DNA from: an uncultured Desulfatitalea sp.
GTDB lineage: Bacteria > Desulfobacterota > Desulfobacteria > Desulfobacterales > Desulfosarcinaceae
Direction of reading: 5' to 3'
Assembly: GCA_963668675.2 (NCBI GenBank)
Contig: CAXXMB010000002.1
Location: forward strand, 128,001-192,000
Length of the DNA stretch: 64,000 nt
Shown here: positions 61,519 through 64,000 of the stretch, piece after piece
Position numbering within the stretch: the stretch's first letter is position 1
Layout of the letters: every line of letters starts with the position of its first letter
Position numbers and translations under genes: made by a program
Notes under the pieces: generated by a model
The model's input: the letters and a program-made list of their open reading frames with translations, nothing else
What the model was told of the DNA's origin: nothing
Database searches by the model: none

Positions 61519-62151
61519 TCAGCTTTCAGGTTTCAGAATTACCACCTCCATTTCATCGGAAAGCGCTTGCGTGAATGATTCGGCATCCGTTTCATCGCCG
61601 ACAATTGCTCCGTAATGCATTGGAATAACGGCGCGGGGCCTGATGGCACGGGCCGCCTTTACTGCCTCATCGGCTGTCATGACATAGGTTCCGGACACCG
61701 GCAGCAAAGCAACGTCAACCGGTAGATCCTTCATTTCGGGGATAAAGTCTGTGTCACCCGCATGGTAAACACGCACCCCGTCAATTTCGACGATAAAGCC
61801 CAGCCACCCTTTCTCCTTGGGATGAAACTGTTTGTCGATATTATAGGCCGGAACGGTCGTCACTTTTACCTCTCCGATCGTCATCACTTCACCCGGTGTG
61901 ACCACCCTCACGTCTCCTGTAAGTTTTTCCGCGGAATCCTTCTCCGTGATGATGATGGTATTGTCCTTCTGAATGCGCGCGATATCATCCGGTGAGCAGT
62001 GATCAAAATGTTCGTGACTGACCAGAATGATATCCGCTTTTCGGGTTGACGCGATCTTAAATGGATCGAAATAGATGGTTTTGCTGCCGTCAATCCGAAA
62101 TCCGTCATGCCCCAGCCAGACAACTTTTTTTAAAAATTCATTTAAATCCAT
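61519..62151 (-). CDS. MBL-fold metallo-hydrolase
   Basis: WLGHDGF, SHEHFDH, YHAGDTD, IPMHYG. Confidence 0.94.
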   Translation of the reverse strand: MDLNEFLKKVVWLGHDGFRIDGSKTIYFDPFKIASTRKADIILVSHEHFDHCSPDDIARIQKDNTIIITEKDSAEKLTGDVRVVTPGEVMTIGEVKVTTVPAYNIDKQFHPKEKGWLGFIVEIDGVRVYHAGDTDFIPEMKDLPVDVALLPVSGTYVMTADEAVKAARAIRPRAVIPMHYGAIVGDETDAESFTQALSDEMEVVILKPES

Positions 62152-62224
62152 GTATTCTCCTCCCTATGGTATATCCCGGCACCGTAAAGCGGTAGACTTT
62201 CCTTTGCTTGCATCGGGAAATGGT

Positions 62225-63109
62225 TTACCCCGATCTTCTTGCCTTCTTGATATCGTCCAAATACATCTGAATAATCGGGCTCATTTCCGGAGGATGCCAA
62301 TGGGTCTCTTTTGGATCTTTCGGCCAGGTGAATGGCAAATGGCATACTTCGCCCGGTCTCGAAGCCTGCTCTAAACAAGAGAGTGTTGCCCGAAGCACTT
62401 CACGTTGACCGTCTCTATCATTAACCTGTCCGACGGGCCTGCCGTATGGGTACTCGATAGCTGCAGACCGAGGTATCCCGACAGCCCTATTGAAATCGTG
62501 GGTCGGTGTCAGCACGATCGTAGAAAAACCGGCTTTTTCCATGTCTCTTGCAGCCAATCCCACGGATTGGCAACAAAACGGTCAAGCTGGCGTCAGCAGC
62601 ACCGCATCGACGCTTTCCGACTTCATTTTTTCGATCATCGGAGCAATAGCGGTCTTCAAAAAGTCTGTTTTTTGCCATTGAAATCCATAAAATGAATAGG
62701 CAGTCGATGCCAACCTGCCGATAACGCCTTCATTGCTCATCTCTTCCATGCTTGCCAAAGGCAGCATCACATTGATATCAGCAAGAATATGTGCGGTATT
62801 GATGTGGAGATGATTGACATCGATGTCTGAGGCTATGGTTTCTTTTGGAATACTTCGATAGGAGGGATCACCCCACGTGGGTTCCACCTTTTCCCTTTCT
62901 GTATCGAAAGGAGGTTCCGATTTTAAGCTGATACCTGCGCTGGTGACCAAAGCGAGGGTAGCCTCGTTCAACGGTTTGGACAGTGGTGTCCAAGGAGTGT
63001 CTCCATCATATTCCCCAGAAGGAATCGTAGATCGAATCCAGGCGCTTAAGCCTGGAGGAAGAAATCGAAATCCGTCAACGATCTTCTCTGATTGATTCAT
63101 ATCGTCCAT
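62225..63109 (-). CDS. Selenoprotein, PrdB/GrdB (reductase selenoprotein B) family, 294 aa with Sec at 62582-62584
   Basis: ORFs 62582-63109 and 62225-62563 are in one frame separated by a single TGA: DAVLLTPA-U-PFCCQSVGLAARDMEKAG (UxxC). N-terminal half has LALVTSAG, GDPSYR, DINVMLPL family motifs. Confidence 0.9.
62545..62581 (-). promoter_or_regulatory. Bacterial SECIS-like hairpin
   Basis: Directly 3' of the TGA: perfect stem GCCAATCC-GTG-GGATTGGC (62553-62571); the G-initiated apical loop starts 18 nt after the UGA. Confidence 0.8.
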
Positions 63110-63237
63110 CCTTTCTTTGGGCTCAATGCATTATCACTCTTTTTAGAATACCCGTTTCAGATATCCTGAAAAGCCTGCAATATCATGATACCCTATCATA
63201 GCGCAGGTTCGATTTGGCGTTTGATTCCCATGCGGAA

Positions 63238-63846
63238 TCAGTGCAGGATTTCAAAAAAGGATCTTCTTTTCAAAATGCCCACGAAATTGGCCACGATACT
63301 GGCGGTGGTCCCCCAGATCAATTCGCCCCGAACGTGGAATTCCGGAAAATAGTGTTCTTCAGACAGTGTTCCGTAATTCCAATCGGCCGTTGAATCGTCC
63401 GGCAAAAATGATGCGAGCGGCACTTCGATGATTTTTTCCACCTCATTCGCATTGATTTTAAACGGATATGGGAACGGTATCGTACCAACAAAAGGATAGA
63501 TGGCAAACGGCGGGGCGTAGGTCATGGCGTCGTCAAGCGGCCCGAGCACAGAAACATCCTGGGACTCAAGGCCGATTTCCTCCCACGACTCCCTCAGGGC
63601 CGTATGTTTGGGGCTTTGATCCCGGCTATCGACAACACCGCCGGGAAACGACACATGACCTCTGTGATACCCGACGTGCGACGCCCTTTTGGTGAAAAGA
63701 AGCGTGGCTTCTCCATCTTTGAGAAAGATGGGCACCAAAACGGCTGCGGGCCTTGAGATGGCCCTGATCCGGGGCATGGTTTTAATGCTACGATTGGAAA
63801 GCGCCTCTGCGATCCGTTCAAAAAAACCATTATATTCCATTGCCAT
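63238..63846 (-). CDS. Nudix hydrolase, CoA pyrophosphatase type
   Basis: AAVLVP, LLFTKRA..H.GHVSFPGG, ALRESWEEIG, IWGTTA. Confidence 0.93.
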   Translation of the reverse strand: MAMEYNGFFERIAEALSNRSIKTMPRIRAISRPAAVLVPIFLKDGEATLLFTKRASHVGYHRGHVSFPGGVVDSRDQSPKHTALRESWEEIGLESQDVSVLGPLDDAMTYAPPFAIYPFVGTIPFPYPFKINANEVEKIIEVPLASFLPDDSTADWNYGTLSEEHYFPEFHVRGELIWGTTASIVANFVGILKRRSFFEILH

Positions 63847-64000
63847 TTGGAGAACACCTATACCTATTTATAAATTAAGCAAAAGGAGAAAAAAATTGCA
63901 TCGAGTTGATCTGCTCCAGGCAATATTGAGCCTGCTCATAGCTGCGACCAGCACTATTCTAATTTCCCCAAGATACAAATCACCCAATCGTCTTGCAAGC

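Noticed and set aside
63896..64000. TTG-start open frame after AAGGAG running off the window end
   Set aside because: Only 35 codons visible and no recognisable motif; cannot be supported from this window.

Overview
A gene-dense chromosomal window with no rRNA, tRNA, CRISPR array or intact transposase that I could see. Gene content suggests an anaerobic deltaproteobacterium (Desulfobacterales-like); this is an inference, not proven. In order it holds: a signalling and chemotaxis block (FHA-EAL protein, hybrid kinase, MCP plus solute-binding protein), an RND efflux system, fatty-acid catabolism genes, an anchor-less sdhAB pair, a TetR/ABC/acyl-CoA ligase uptake operon, a complete membrane-lipid modification cluster (desaturase, two CFA-type methyltransferases, DUF1365, DUF1295, FAD oxidoreductase, lipocalin), housekeeping singles, rubrerythrin plus radical SAM, an AT-richer block of exported Sel1/TPR proteins, and phosphate/stress genes. 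Features the ORF track misses or splits: (1) a UGA-recoded PrdB/GrdB-like selenoprotein with a SECIS-like hairpin (62225-63109); (2) a 23-aa motif shared between the C-terminus of a small exported protein and the N-terminus of the adjacent TPR protein, an arrangement resembling amyloid-signalling gene pairs but apparently extracytoplasmic; (3) three gene remnants (DapA-family stub, internally deleted radical SAM copy, internally deleted Pit transporter); (4) a 149-bp MITE-like element; (5) a leader terminator before an ABC-F gene; (6) a partial FHA-EAL gene at the window start.
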